Positions 18,119-26,308 of a DNA stretch of 64,000 bases are shown piece by piece. The stretch's first letter is position 1. The number at the start of each line of letters is the position of its first letter. Source of the stretch: Holophagae bacterium (GTDB taxonomy: Bacteria > Acidobacteriota > Thermoanaerobaculia > Thermoanaerobaculales > Sulfomarinibacteraceae); assembly GCA_003105185.1 (NCBI GenBank), contig PQAJ01000177.1, positions 14,848-78,847 on the forward strand, in the 5' to 3' direction. Both the position numbers and the translations under genes were made by a program. Under the pieces are notes generated by a model, which had not been told where the DNA came from, searched no databases, and worked only from the letters and a program-made list of their open reading frames with translations.

Positions 18119-19273
18119 TTACTCGGCGACGCGAAGCTGGGACGCCTGGTTGGCGATGACCCAGTAGGCCCCGCCCTTGTTCAGGCGGGCGAGGTTGTTC
18201 AGGTAGGCCGGCAGCCCGGGGAAGTAGCGTCGCCACTCACCGGTCGTGGGATTCCACTCGTAGACCACCTTGATGGAGGAGTTTCCGGCGAACGCCTGGG
18301 CGGGCGGGACACTGTCTCCGGGCCAGGCGACCAGGTTCGCGCCAGGCGACAGGGGCAGCGAGGGAGTGCCGGGTGTCGGCGAACCCGGTGCTCGGGTGGG
18401 CGCGGGAATCGGTGTGTTGGTTGGGGCGAGCGTCGGCGCCTTTGTCGGTGTCGCCGGGGCTGCCGTGGGCGTGTTGGCCGGGCTCGAGCCGGCGGGCTGC
18501 GGAGTCGGGGTGCTGGTGGGCACGAACGGGGTCGGCGTGGGTGTGGTCTGTCCGCCGGGATTGCCCTGGTTTACCGTGGGCGTGCTCGTGGGAGGCATCG
18601 AGGTGGGAGTGGCGGTCGGCTGAGCCGGCGTTGGGGTGTTCGTGGGGAGCGGCGTACTGGTTGGCGGGAATGGCGTGTTGGTGGGTTGACCGCCACCGCC
18701 GCCGCCGTCGTCTCCACCGCCGCCGCCGCCAGTGCCGTCGTTCGTCGTACCGAAGGTCGTGGCCCAGTACCAGCCATACTGCGAACCGGCCTGGTAGTGG
18801 CGGGCGATGCCGATCTGCTTGTAGTACTGGCCGAGCATATTTGCGTTGTGCCCGGGAGAGTTCTGCCAGGCGTTAAAGGCTGCCTGTGCCGAGCTCCAGG
18901 CGCCGCCCGCAGCCAGGTTCTCGCCAGCGCCAGAGGGGTAACCGCAGTCTATGGCGCGCTGGTAGGCAGAGCGCCCCAGCGAGTCGGTGTGCGCGAAGTA
19001 GTTGTTCGTCGCCAGGTCTTCGGTCATCCATGCGGAGCCGCGGTTCAGGTTCGTCGAAATGGTCAGCGCGCCGAGACCGTTCTGGGACCGGTAGTTGTTG
19101 ATGAGCGTGAGGAAGGCGAGCTCTTCTGAGTCATTCCCGTCGTGGGTGACGGTGCAGTTGGTGAGAGCGCCGGCGCGGTTATCGTCGGCGAACGTCATCG
19201 CAAAGGCGGCGAGCAGCGCCCCCATGATGGCGAGCGCCAGCGGCAGTAGGCCGCGGTGTGTCCTGATGTGCAT
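18119..19273 (-). CDS. secreted CAP/SCP (PR-1-like) domain protein with Gly- and Pro/Thr-rich linker and C-terminal domain
   Basis: Signal/anchor LLPLALAIMGALLAAFA. CAP-like core (LINNYRSQNGLGAL...NYFAHTD...GENLAAG...WQNSPGHNANML). About 130 aa of G/P/T low complexity, then an ~80 aa C-terminal domain. Confidence 0.7.
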   Translation of the reverse strand: MHIRTHRGLLPLALAIMGALLAAFAMTFADDNRAGALTNCTVTHDGNDSEELAFLTLINNYRSQNGLGALTISTNLNRGSAWMTEDLATNNYFAHTDSLGRSAYQRAIDCGYPSGAGENLAAGGAWSSAQAAFNAWQNSPGHNANMLGQYYKQIGIARHYQAGSQYGWYWATTFGTTNDGTGGGGGGDDGGGGGGQPTNTPFPPTSTPLPTNTPTPAQPTATPTSMPPTSTPTVNQGNPGGQTTPTPTPFVPTSTPTPQPAGSSPANTPTAAPATPTKAPTLAPTNTPIPAPTRAPGSPTPGTPSLPLSPGANLVAWPGDSVPPAQAFAGNSSIKVVYEWNPTTGEWRRYFPGLPAYLNNLARLNKGGAYWVIANQASQLRVAE

Positions 19274-19417
19274 CGATTCCCCCGGGGCGCCGTGTGTTTC
19301 GCAAGGAGCCTGTTAGAGGAATCGACCGCGGAACGGGGCCAGCCGGTGAACGCCGGGTGACCGGGATGGGACGAAGCGGAGCGCCTTTCCTTTGTGAGCG
19401 ACCCCGCTCGGGGAATT

Positions 19418-19792
19418 TCAGGGGGTGCGCGACCGGTAATTGGCGATTGCGCCGCGAAGCGCGTCTGCCGCGAGCACGCTGCAGTGCACCTTGTCGCCCG
19501 GGAGCCCGCCGATCGCCTCGGCGATGCGCTCGCGGGTCAGGGATTCCACCTCTTCGAGCGTCCAGCCGCGCACCATCTCGCTGGTGAACGAGCTCGTGGC
19601 GATGGCGGGGGGACAGCCACGCGTTTGCCAGCGAACCTCGGCCACGTGCCCGTCCGCGACCCGGATGGTGACGCGCATGCGGTCGCCGCAAACCGGGTTG
19701 GACTTCGTCGCCTCACCGTCGGGGTGTTCGATCTCGCCGGCGTTGCGGGGATTCTGGAAGTGTTCGATGACCGTGTCGGAGTAGGCTGCCAC
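19418..19792 (-). CDS. Fe-S cluster assembly scaffold, NifU N-terminal/IscU-SufU type
   Basis: 124 aa with HFQNPRNAGE, NPVCGDRM, TRGCPPAIATSS and the HCSVLA cysteine ligand pattern. Confidence 0.85.
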   Translation of the reverse strand: MAAYSDTVIEHFQNPRNAGEIEHPDGEATKSNPVCGDRMRVTIRVADGHVAEVRWQTRGCPPAIATSSFTSEMVRGWTLEEVESLTRERIAEAIGGLPGDKVHCSVLAADALRGAIANYRSRTP

Positions 19793-19825
19793 CTGGAAAC
19801 GGTAGCAGGTTGGGGATGCGCGGTG

Positions 19826-20329
19826 TCAGGCGAGGCCGAGCGCGCGGAAGATCTCCTCGAAGGTCGAGACGCTGCCCGGGTTGAAGTGGGGGAGGGCGTA
19901 GGTGACGCGCCCGTCCGGATCGAGGATAACGACGCCGCGGCGTGACTTTGCCTCGTCCGGGTCCCACATGCCATACGCCTTTACGACTTCGCCGTAGAAG
20001 TCGCTGATGAGCGGGAAGGGGTAATGGTCGCGCTCCTGAAAGCGGCGGTGAGAGCCGAGCCCGTTGGTGTTGATCGCCAGCACCTGCACGCCCGCCTCCG
20101 CAAGCAGGGCGTGCTCCTGGGCGAACGCCTTCAGCTCGCTCGTGCACACGGGCATCCCGTCGTCCTGGTAGAACACCAGCATGACTGGCCCCGCAGCGAG
20201 GAGCTCGGCGAGGTCCGCGTCGAACTGGGAGCCGTCCGCGCGGATTGCGGGGAGGGTAAAGCGCGGGGCCTGGTCGCCGGGGGCGAGCGGTGTCTCGCGG
20301 GGCGTGAGCGCGGGCCTGGTGTCGCTCAC
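19826..20329 (-). CDS. peroxiredoxin / AhpC-TSA (redoxin) family protein
   Basis: 167 aa with APRFTLPA...VMLVFYQDDGMPVCTSE (peroxidatic Cys context) and a thioredoxin-fold remainder. Confidence 0.8.
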   Translation of the reverse strand: MSDTRPALTPRETPLAPGDQAPRFTLPAIRADGSQFDADLAELLAAGPVMLVFYQDDGMPVCTSELKAFAQEHALLAEAGVQVLAINTNGLGSHRRFQERDHYPFPLISDFYGEVVKAYGMWDPDEAKSRRGVVILDPDGRVTYALPHFNPGSVSTFEEIFRALGLA

Positions 20330-21402
20330 CCGGCGGCCTCGAACCCGGGTGGCACACCCTCGATGCCGCTGGTGGCGGCCAGCACTCGGATGCGGCCCAG
20401 GCCGGCGCCGTCGGCCAGCTGTTCGAGCGCGCGGCGCCGGGCGAAGTACTCCTGCATATCGCTCCGGGCCGCATCGACCAGCCCGCCGATGCCGAGGGCG
20501 TAAAGGAACTCCGACTGGGAAACCGGTCCGAAGATGGTCATGCCCTCGTCTTCGCCGGCCGCGGCGAGTTCAGAGAAGTTCACATGGGTGGTGATGTCCT
20601 GTTCGCCAACATGGAGGTAGGGGTCTTCGTGGGCGGTGTGGCGATAGAAGCAGAGGAGGGTGCCGGTGGTGCGCCACGGGGCCCAGAGCTCTTCCTGGGG
20701 GTAGCCGTAGTCGAAGACGAGCACCGAACCGCGTTCGACCAGCGAGCAGAGGCTGCGCATCACTGGATAGGCGCGCTGATTGACCTCGAACCGGCCCTCC
20801 ATGGGCGCGCCATCGATCGAAGCGATACCTCCGGGCTGCTCGACGAACCGCTCGCCATCCCAGCGGACATACACCTCCACGGGGCCGCGCGGACCAGCAT
20901 CGAAGAGCCGCACCGGCAAGGCGTCGAAGAGCTCGTTGGTCACCACGACCCCGCTCGGGGCCGGCGCGACCGGTGGCGTGGCCCACTCGACCCGCGGGTC
21001 CGTGCCCGGGCTGTTTGGTTCGAGGGCAACATAACGGATGGCTTCACGGAAGCCGTCGCCGCGGCCTTCGGCCCAGTCGAGGATGGCGGTGGCGAGCGCG
21101 CCCTCCCCGGCGGCAGGTTCGAAGATGGTGAACTGCGCCGGCTCGCCGAGCCGAGCCCACGCATCGCGGCACCATGCCGCGATCGCCCACCCGAACATCG
21201 GGTGGATGACCGGGCTGGTGAGGAAGTCGCCCTGGCGGCCGATGCGCCCCGGCTTGCGGTAGTAGCCGTGCTCCGGGTGGTAGAGCGCCAGTTCCATGAA
21301 GCGTTCGAAGGAGATAGCGCCGCCGGCCATCTCATCGACGATGGCCTGGATGAGCTGTGGGTTGCCGAGAGCGGCGGTTCCGGGGTCGAGGTCCAGCGCC
21401 AT
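20326..21402 (-). CDS. class I SAM-dependent methyltransferase, MidA/NDUFAF7 (DUF185) family
   Basis: 358 aa with FERFMELALYHPEHGYYRK...GDFLTSPVIHPMFG and FEPAAGEGALA. Confidence 0.8.
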   Translation of the reverse strand: MALDLDPGTAALGNPQLIQAIVDEMAGGAISFERFMELALYHPEHGYYRKPGRIGRQGDFLTSPVIHPMFGWAIAAWCRDAWARLGEPAQFTIFEPAAGEGALATAILDWAEGRGDGFREAIRYVALEPNSPGTDPRVEWATPPVAPAPSGVVVTNELFDALPVRLFDAGPRGPVEVYVRWDGERFVEQPGGIASIDGAPMEGRFEVNQRAYPVMRSLCSLVERGSVLVFDYGYPQEELWAPWRTTGTLLCFYRHTAHEDPYLHVGEQDITTHVNFSELAAAGEDEGMTIFGPVSQSEFLYALGIGGLVDAARSDMQEYFARRRALEQLADGAGLGRIRVLAATSGIEGVPPGFEAAG

Positions 21403-21541
21403 GTGTCCAGTATCGCGAGCAAACCGCTGAGGAGCACGGGCGCCGCCGATGTGAGTGGCGTGATGGAACCCGGCCCCCTGTCGCCATCCGGCCGCCGCCT
21501 GTTACCCTGCGGGCTGCGAAGTCCTTCGCACGAGGCTAACC

Positions 21542-22045
21542 GTGTCGACTTCTCCTCCGGCGTCCGAGCACGCGGTCGATACCGCCATCCGCTACTTCGG
21601 CAAGACGGTCAACATGTTCGACCCGCTCCGCTTCCGCGCATGGGCTGAAATGGGCCTGACAACTGCCCAGCTGCGCGTGCTCTTTCTCGTTCGCGAGTCC
21701 CCAGGGGTTACTGCGGGCGAGCTGGCGCACAAGATCGGCGTGACTCCCCCGACGATTTCGGGCATCGTCGACCGTCTCGTGAAGATGGACCTGGTGCGGC
21801 GCGAGGACGACGAGTCCGACCGGAGGCTGGTGCGGAACCTGCTCACCGAGCAGGGGGACGCAACCTGCAGCCGGATGGAGCAGAGCACGGAGATCTTCAC
21901 ACGACGCATCCTCATCGAGATGAACCACGAGGACCTGGATGCGTTCATCACGGGCCTCAGGGCCTTCGCCAACGCCAGCGAGTACGTCTCCCGCGTGGAG
22001 CCCGACCTCGCGGCGGTCGCAATGCCGGGGTTGAATTACGCATGA
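21542..22045 (+). CDS. MarR-family transcriptional regulator
   Basis: 167 aa with wHTH LTTAQLRVLFLVRESPGVTAGELAHKIGVTPPTISGIVDRLVKMDLVRRE. GTG start, and an ATGA overlap with the next gene. Confidence 0.85.
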   Translation: MSTSPPASEHAVDTAIRYFGKTVNMFDPLRFRAWAEMGLTTAQLRVLFLVRESPGVTAGELAHKIGVTPPTISGIVDRLVKMDLVRREDDESDRRLVRNLLTEQGDATCSRMEQSTEIFTRRILIEMNHEDLDAFITGLRAFANASEYVSRVEPDLAAVAMPGLNYA

Positions 22046-22752
22046 CGACACGGAAACGGGTTCGGACGATTGACCTGGAGAATCCCTTCGCGGACTCGTT
22101 CGAGGGGATGTGCGAGGTGCTGCTGGTGCGCCATGGCGAGCAGCAGTTCTTCGACAACATCCCGCTGGGGCAGGCCTACGACGCGCCGCTTTCGGCACTG
22201 GGCAAGCGGCAGGCCGAGGCGGTCGGCGAGCGGCTGGCGCCGGCCCGCATCGGCCGGGTGTACACCAGCAACATGCGCCGAGCGCACGACACGGGCCAGG
22301 CTATTGCCAGGCATCACGGGCTCACGCCGGTCGTGGAGCCGGACCTCCGCGAGATCGACCTCTGGCAGCGCGCCCCGCAGGACAAGGGCCTGCTGGACAT
22401 CTACTCGCGGGAGCAGCTCGCCGACATCTATCGCGAAGTGACGCGGACGCGCAAGCACGACGCCTATCCGTACTGCGAAGATGTCGATGCGTTCCGCACC
22501 CGCGTATTCAGCGCGTTCGACCAGATCGTGGAAGAAAGCATCGGTATGCGTGTCGTGGTGGCATGTCACGGCGGGGTCATCAACGCGATCCTGAGCCGGG
22601 TGCTCGGCTCCGTCTTCGACCACCTGGTCTCGGTACACCACACCAGCATCACGGTCATGCGGGCAGCCGACACCCGCCGCTTCCTCCTGACCATCAACGA
22701 CTACTCCCACGTGATGGAGTTCCAGAAGTCGCGCGGCGACATGAACGCCTGA
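22042..22752 (+). CDS. histidine phosphatase (phosphoglycerate mutase-like) family protein
   Basis: It has the RHG motif (VLLVRHGEQ), a second catalytic His region (VVVACHGGVI) and SNMRRAHDT. Confidence 0.8.
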   Translation: MTTRKRVRTIDLENPFADSFEGMCEVLLVRHGEQQFFDNIPLGQAYDAPLSALGKRQAEAVGERLAPARIGRVYTSNMRRAHDTGQAIARHHGLTPVVEPDLREIDLWQRAPQDKGLLDIYSREQLADIYREVTRTRKHDAYPYCEDVDAFRTRVFSAFDQIVEESIGMRVVVACHGGVINAILSRVLGSVFDHLVSVHHTSITVMRAADTRRFLLTINDYSHVMEFQKSRGDMNA

Positions 22753-23444
22753 TGGAGCTGCTGAAGCCGGACGCTTCGTGGTTCGAAATCGACCCGGAGT
22801 ACTACCGGCATGGTGGCAGTTGCCTCAACCTGGCCGAGTCTGAAGGCATTGGCGTCCACGCCGGGCAGGCGATCCTCGTCGCGCCGCCGGGGAACGGGGA
22901 AGAGGCGCTTTCCTTCATGAACCTCGGTGCCGAGGTTACGGTCCTCGGCGACAGTCAGATGCTCGAACCGGTGCGGAAGCTGGCTGACGGCGCCGGCATG
23001 CAGGTAACCCTTGCCGCCGGCGACGCGAATGACCCCGGCGCAGCCTTCGGCGAAGAGGCCTTCGACGCCGTCTACTGCCCCTGGGGGACAATCGACTGGC
23101 TGGAGGCGTTCGACACGTGGGCGGAGAGCGTTGCCAACGTGCTCAAGCCGGCCGGGCGCCTCGTGCTCTACGACCGCCACCCGGTCTCCAGCGTCGGCGC
23201 GGCGCATAAGGGGCTGTTCGTGGTCGGCAAATCGTACTTCGGCGACGACGACCCGAAGGGCCACGGCTGGACGCTCGGCGATCTGATCAGTTCACTGGGG
23301 GCCGAAGGCCTGGCGACGATGTTGTTCGACGAGTTTCCTGATGCGGACCGCTTTCCGACGCCGCTGGACGGCCTCGGGATCCGCTGGGATATCCGCTGGA
23401 GGCTGCCGGCGGCGATGCTGCTGGTGGCCATCCGCGTGCGCTAA
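22752..23444 (+). CDS. probable class I SAM-dependent methyltransferase
   Basis: The ATG at 22752 overlaps the upstream TGA. The region ILVAPPGNGEEALSFMNLGAEVTVLGDS ... VLKPAGRLVL resembles MTase motifs I and post-I. The upstream part of ORF 22110..23444 is a frame artefact. Confidence 0.6.
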   Translation: MELLKPDASWFEIDPEYYRHGGSCLNLAESEGIGVHAGQAILVAPPGNGEEALSFMNLGAEVTVLGDSQMLEPVRKLADGAGMQVTLAAGDANDPGAAFGEEAFDAVYCPWGTIDWLEAFDTWAESVANVLKPAGRLVLYDRHPVSSVGAAHKGLFVVGKSYFGDDDPKGHGWTLGDLISSLGAEGLATMLFDEFPDADRFPTPLDGLGIRWDIRWRLPAAMLLVAIRVR

Positions 23445-23460
23445 CCGTCCGGAGGAGCTC

Positions 23461-23850
23461 ATGCGGCTCGGCCTGTACTTAACCCTGGTGGTGCTCTTCT
23501 TCGCGGGCGTGGTCTGCTTACGCCGGGGCTATCGCCGCTGGGAGGTGAGCGGCCGCAGCATGATGCCGGCGCTCGAACCCGGTGATTGGCTCATCGTTGA
23601 GCGTGTACGCAGGGGCGGTCGGCCGGTCCGGCCCGGCGACATTGTGCTCGCGGGCGACCCAAGGGAACAGGCGCGAACCCTCGTGAAGCGAGTCGTGCGG
23701 ATCGATGAAGACGGTCTCGCCTGGCTCGAGGGCGACAACCCGGCGGAGAGCACCGACAGCCGCCACTTCGGAGCCGTTGGTGTGGACGAGATCCTCGGGC
23801 GGGTGCGCTGGCGCTACTGGCCGCCCCGGCGCGTGGGGCGCCTGGCGTAG
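23461..23850 (+). CDS. S26-family signal peptidase I-like protease (short form)
   Basis: One N-terminal TM helix, the catalytic Ser context VSGRSMMPALEPGD, KRVVRID, and GDNPAESTDSRHFG. Confidence 0.75.
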   Translation: MRLGLYLTLVVLFFAGVVCLRRGYRRWEVSGRSMMPALEPGDWLIVERVRRGGRPVRPGDIVLAGDPREQARTLVKRVVRIDEDGLAWLEGDNPAESTDSRHFGAVGVDEILGRVRWRYWPPRRVGRLA

Positions 23851-23893
23851 TCCGGCCCCGGCCGTTACCAACCGATTCCTCCCGCGTTAGGCT

Positions 23894-24439
23894 TTGGTGA
23901 TGGAAGAATCGGCGCTGGTGGCCGCGGCAAAGTCCTCTCCCGATGCCTTTGCCGCGCTCTACGACCGGACGCAGCCGGAGGTCTACCGCTTCGCCTATTC
24001 GCTCGCGGGCAACCATGCGGGCGCCGAGGACCTGACCGCCGAGGCGTACCGGCGGGCGCTCATCCACCTGCCGAGGTACGAAGACCGCGGCAAGCCGTTC
24101 GCGGCGTGGCTTTGCACCATTGTGAGGAACCTGGCGCGTGACCGGGGGCGTAAGGCCGGCCGGGAGGTGCCGCTGATGGACCACGATCGGCCCATCGACG
24201 ACTGGCCCGGAATGGAAGTGGTGCGATCCGAGCAGCGCTGCCTGGTGCAGGCCGCGGTTGCGCGGCTGCCCGACGTGCAGCGACAGGTCGTCGTCCTCCG
24301 GTTCGGGCATGAGCGCTCGTGCCGGGAGATCGCCGGCCAGCTCGGCAAGACCGAGGCTGCCGTAAAGCAACTGACCTACCGCGCGGTGAACCGCCTGCGC
24401 GACATCCTGGTGGAGGCCGGATATGAACATGATGGCTGA
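23894..24439 (+). CDS. ECF-type RNA polymerase sigma-70 family factor
   Basis: 181 aa with region 2 (EDLTAEAYRRAL...FAAWLCTIVRNLARD) and region 4 (LPDVQRQVVVLRFGHERSCREIAGQLGKTEAAVKQLTYRA). Start at TTG 23894 or ATG 23900. Confidence 0.85.
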   Translation: MVMEESALVAAAKSSPDAFAALYDRTQPEVYRFAYSLAGNHAGAEDLTAEAYRRALIHLPRYEDRGKPFAAWLCTIVRNLARDRGRKAGREVPLMDHDRPIDDWPGMEVVRSEQRCLVQAAVARLPDVQRQVVVLRFGHERSCREIAGQLGKTEAAVKQLTYRAVNRLRDILVEAGYEHDG

Positions 24440-25220
24440 ACCCGAGACCGGCCTGCCGGACGACGTGCGCGAGGAACTTTCGCGGACGGCCGACCCGGGG
24501 TTCGCGAGCCGTCTGCGCTCGGAACTGCGGGCGCGGCAGGCACGGGCCACCCGCAGCCTGAGCTGGTTCGACCTCGAACTGCCGGTCGGGCCGATCCGGC
24601 TGGTGCACGATGGCGAGCTCATCCACCTGGTAACGAACGACCTGCGGCGCTTCGACGCGCTGGTCGACGAAGGGCTGGGGTTCGAACCCGGCTTTGGCGA
24701 CTCGAACCGGGTGCGGCAGGAGGTCTCGTCCGTGCTTGCCGGGCGGCGGCGGGGGAACGAGGTGGCATTCCTCGGCGCGCTTTCCCCATTCCAGCAGGAA
24801 GTGCTGCGGGTGACGGCGACCATCCCGAAGGGCCAGCTGCGGCCGTACCACTGGGTGGCGCGTCACGCGGGGTCGCCAGGGGCGGTGCGGGCGGCGGGGA
24901 CGGCGTTGGGACACAACCCGGTGCCCTTCGTGGTGCCGTGCCACCGGGTGGTACGGTCCGACTGGACGCTGGGCGAGTACTCGGCGGGCGGCACGGAGAT
25001 GAAGGAGCAGGTCCTCCGCGCGGAGGGTGTCACCCACGAACGGCTGGAGTGGCTGCGGCACGCGCCCCGCTATATCGGCCAGCTTAGCAGCCATGAGTTC
25101 TGCCTCGCGGCCTGCCCCGGGCTGGACGAAGAGGATCCTGCGCTCCACCGTGCTTTCCGCTCGCCGGAGGAGGCGCTGGCGGAGGGGTACGTACCGTGCG
25201 AGGTGTGCCGGCCGGTGTAG
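24423..25220 (+). CDS. methylated-DNA-protein-cysteine methyltransferase (MGMT/Ogt) fused to a C-terminal Ada-type C4 zinc domain
   Basis: It has the active site VPCHRVV preceded by an HTH-like PYHWVARHAGSPGAVRAAGTALGHNP. The C-terminal CLAAC-x27-CEVC follows the Ada_Zn pattern. It overlaps the sigma gene by 17 nt. Confidence 0.75.
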   Translation: MNMMAEPETGLPDDVREELSRTADPGFASRLRSELRARQARATRSLSWFDLELPVGPIRLVHDGELIHLVTNDLRRFDALVDEGLGFEPGFGDSNRVRQEVSSVLAGRRRGNEVAFLGALSPFQQEVLRVTATIPKGQLRPYHWVARHAGSPGAVRAAGTALGHNPVPFVVPCHRVVRSDWTLGEYSAGGTEMKEQVLRAEGVTHERLEWLRHAPRYIGQLSSHEFCLAACPGLDEEDPALHRAFRSPEEALAEGYVPCEVCRPV

Positions 25221-25248
25221 GCATGAGGCATGAGGCGCGAGGCATGAG
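25221..25248. repeat. heptamer tandem array (b), GCATGAG type
   Basis: gcatgag gcatgag gcGCgag gcatgag, starting at the first base after the TAG stop of the MGMT-Ada gene. Confidence 0.8.
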
Positions 25249-25345
25249 TGCCCCTCACCGGCCGCTCCCAGAGCGCCGGGGCAGGATCGACCGGATGTCA
25301 TCCGCCGTCATATTGCTTTGCCCCTGGCCGGTTCTGAATTAGAGG

Positions 25346-25702
25346 TCATTCAAACGCCCCGGTCCAAACGAGTATGAGCACGACGGTCGAGACCATAGCC
25401 GCGAACCACATGAGCCGGACGGGAGGTGGTTCACCCCGGAAGAAGCGGACTAGTGAAAATGCGGGTGCCCACGTGAGAAGGAGCATCGTCAGGGTCCACC
25501 ACTCCTCGGAGCGCCGCGCGATCAGAATTCTGAGGACCGTGGCGTAGACCGCCACCATGAGGACTGCAACTACCAGCAACCAGGGTATGAGCGGGTATCG
25601 TTCACGCCAGCCAAGGCCCGGTTGAGTCTCAGGCTCGTTGCCATTGTCTTCTGACAAAGAGTGGGACGAACTCCGCTCGTTCATGTCTTCAGTATCGGCC
25701 AC
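25346..25702 (-). CDS. small membrane protein, unknown function
   Basis: 118 aa with an acidic N-terminus followed by three predicted hydrophobic helices. GC is visibly lower than in the neighbours. Confidence 0.45.
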   Translation of the reverse strand: MADTEDMNERSSSHSLSEDNGNEPETQPGLGWRERYPLIPWLLVVAVLMVAVYATVLRILIARRSEEWWTLTMLLLTWAPAFSLVRFFRGEPPPVRLMWFAAMVSTVVLILVWTGAFE

Positions 25703-25786
25703 TGCAGTCGTCGCTCAAGGGCGCAACGCCTCTTGTCGTTGCCGTTCTTTGCGTCCTGGCGGTTCCGAGACCGTTAGACTCCCGGC

Positions 25787-26302
25787 ATGATCGTATTCCT
25801 GAACGGGCCGTTCGGGGTGGGTAAGTCCACGACGGCACGTATCCTGGCGACGCTCCTCCCACAGGCCGTGCACTACAACCCGGAGCACATTGGGGCCGGG
25901 CTCAGGATGGCTTTCGGGCCGCTCTACCGGGTGACGGACTACCAGGACGTTGCTGCGTGGCGGCGGCTCGTGCCCGTCGGTGCGCGATTGTGCCGGCTCC
26001 GCTATCGGACCGTGGTGATGCCGATGACAGTCTGGCGCCGAGACTACCTGGATGAACTCGTTGAGAGGCTGCAGTGCGTCGATGATGACCTGCGCCTGTT
26101 CCAGTTGACCGCGCCCGCGGATGAAGTCCGGCGGCGAGTGCTCGGGAGGGCTGACGCCCGGGAAGGCCACGACTGGTGGTGGTCGCACCTCGAGTCCGGG
26201 CTGGCGATGGCCCGAGACCCCGCCTTCGGCGAGACGGTCGACACAGCCGGACTGTCGCCGCTGCAGGTGGCATCGACGATTGCCGCCCGCATCCGCGCCT
26301 GA
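25787..26302 (+). CDS. P-loop NTPase/kinase (TmrB or chloramphenicol-phosphotransferase-like)
   Basis: 171 aa starting MIVFLNGPFGVGKSTTARILA (Walker A at the extreme N-terminus), with the size and layout of small-molecule kinases. Confidence 0.55.
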   Translation: MIVFLNGPFGVGKSTTARILATLLPQAVHYNPEHIGAGLRMAFGPLYRVTDYQDVAAWRRLVPVGARLCRLRYRTVVMPMTVWRRDYLDELVERLQCVDDDLRLFQLTAPADEVRRRVLGRADAREGHDWWWSHLESGLAMARDPAFGETVDTAGLSPLQVASTIAARIRA

Positions 26303-26308
26303 GTGATC

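Noticed and set aside
18380-18720. Repetitive DNA in the CAP-protein gene, and likewise at 47750-48080.
   Set aside because: It is coding sequence for Pro/Thr/Gly-rich linkers. The periodicity follows codons rather than a non-coding repeat element.
19274-19417. Possible c-di-AMP (ydaO-type) or other riboswitch in the 145-nt leader of the CAP-domain gene.
   Set aside because: Apart from a GAGCGGGG string, the sequence does not reproduce the paired ACGGGG/CCGAAUCC-type conserved blocks I remember. A covariance-model scan would be needed before any claim.
22110-23444. 444-aa ORF spanning the histidine-phosphatase gene in another frame.
   Set aside because: Only the last 230 aa (from ATG 22752, which overlaps the upstream TGA) look like a real protein. 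The upstream part is Arg/Pro-rich out-of-frame read-through of the phosphatase gene.
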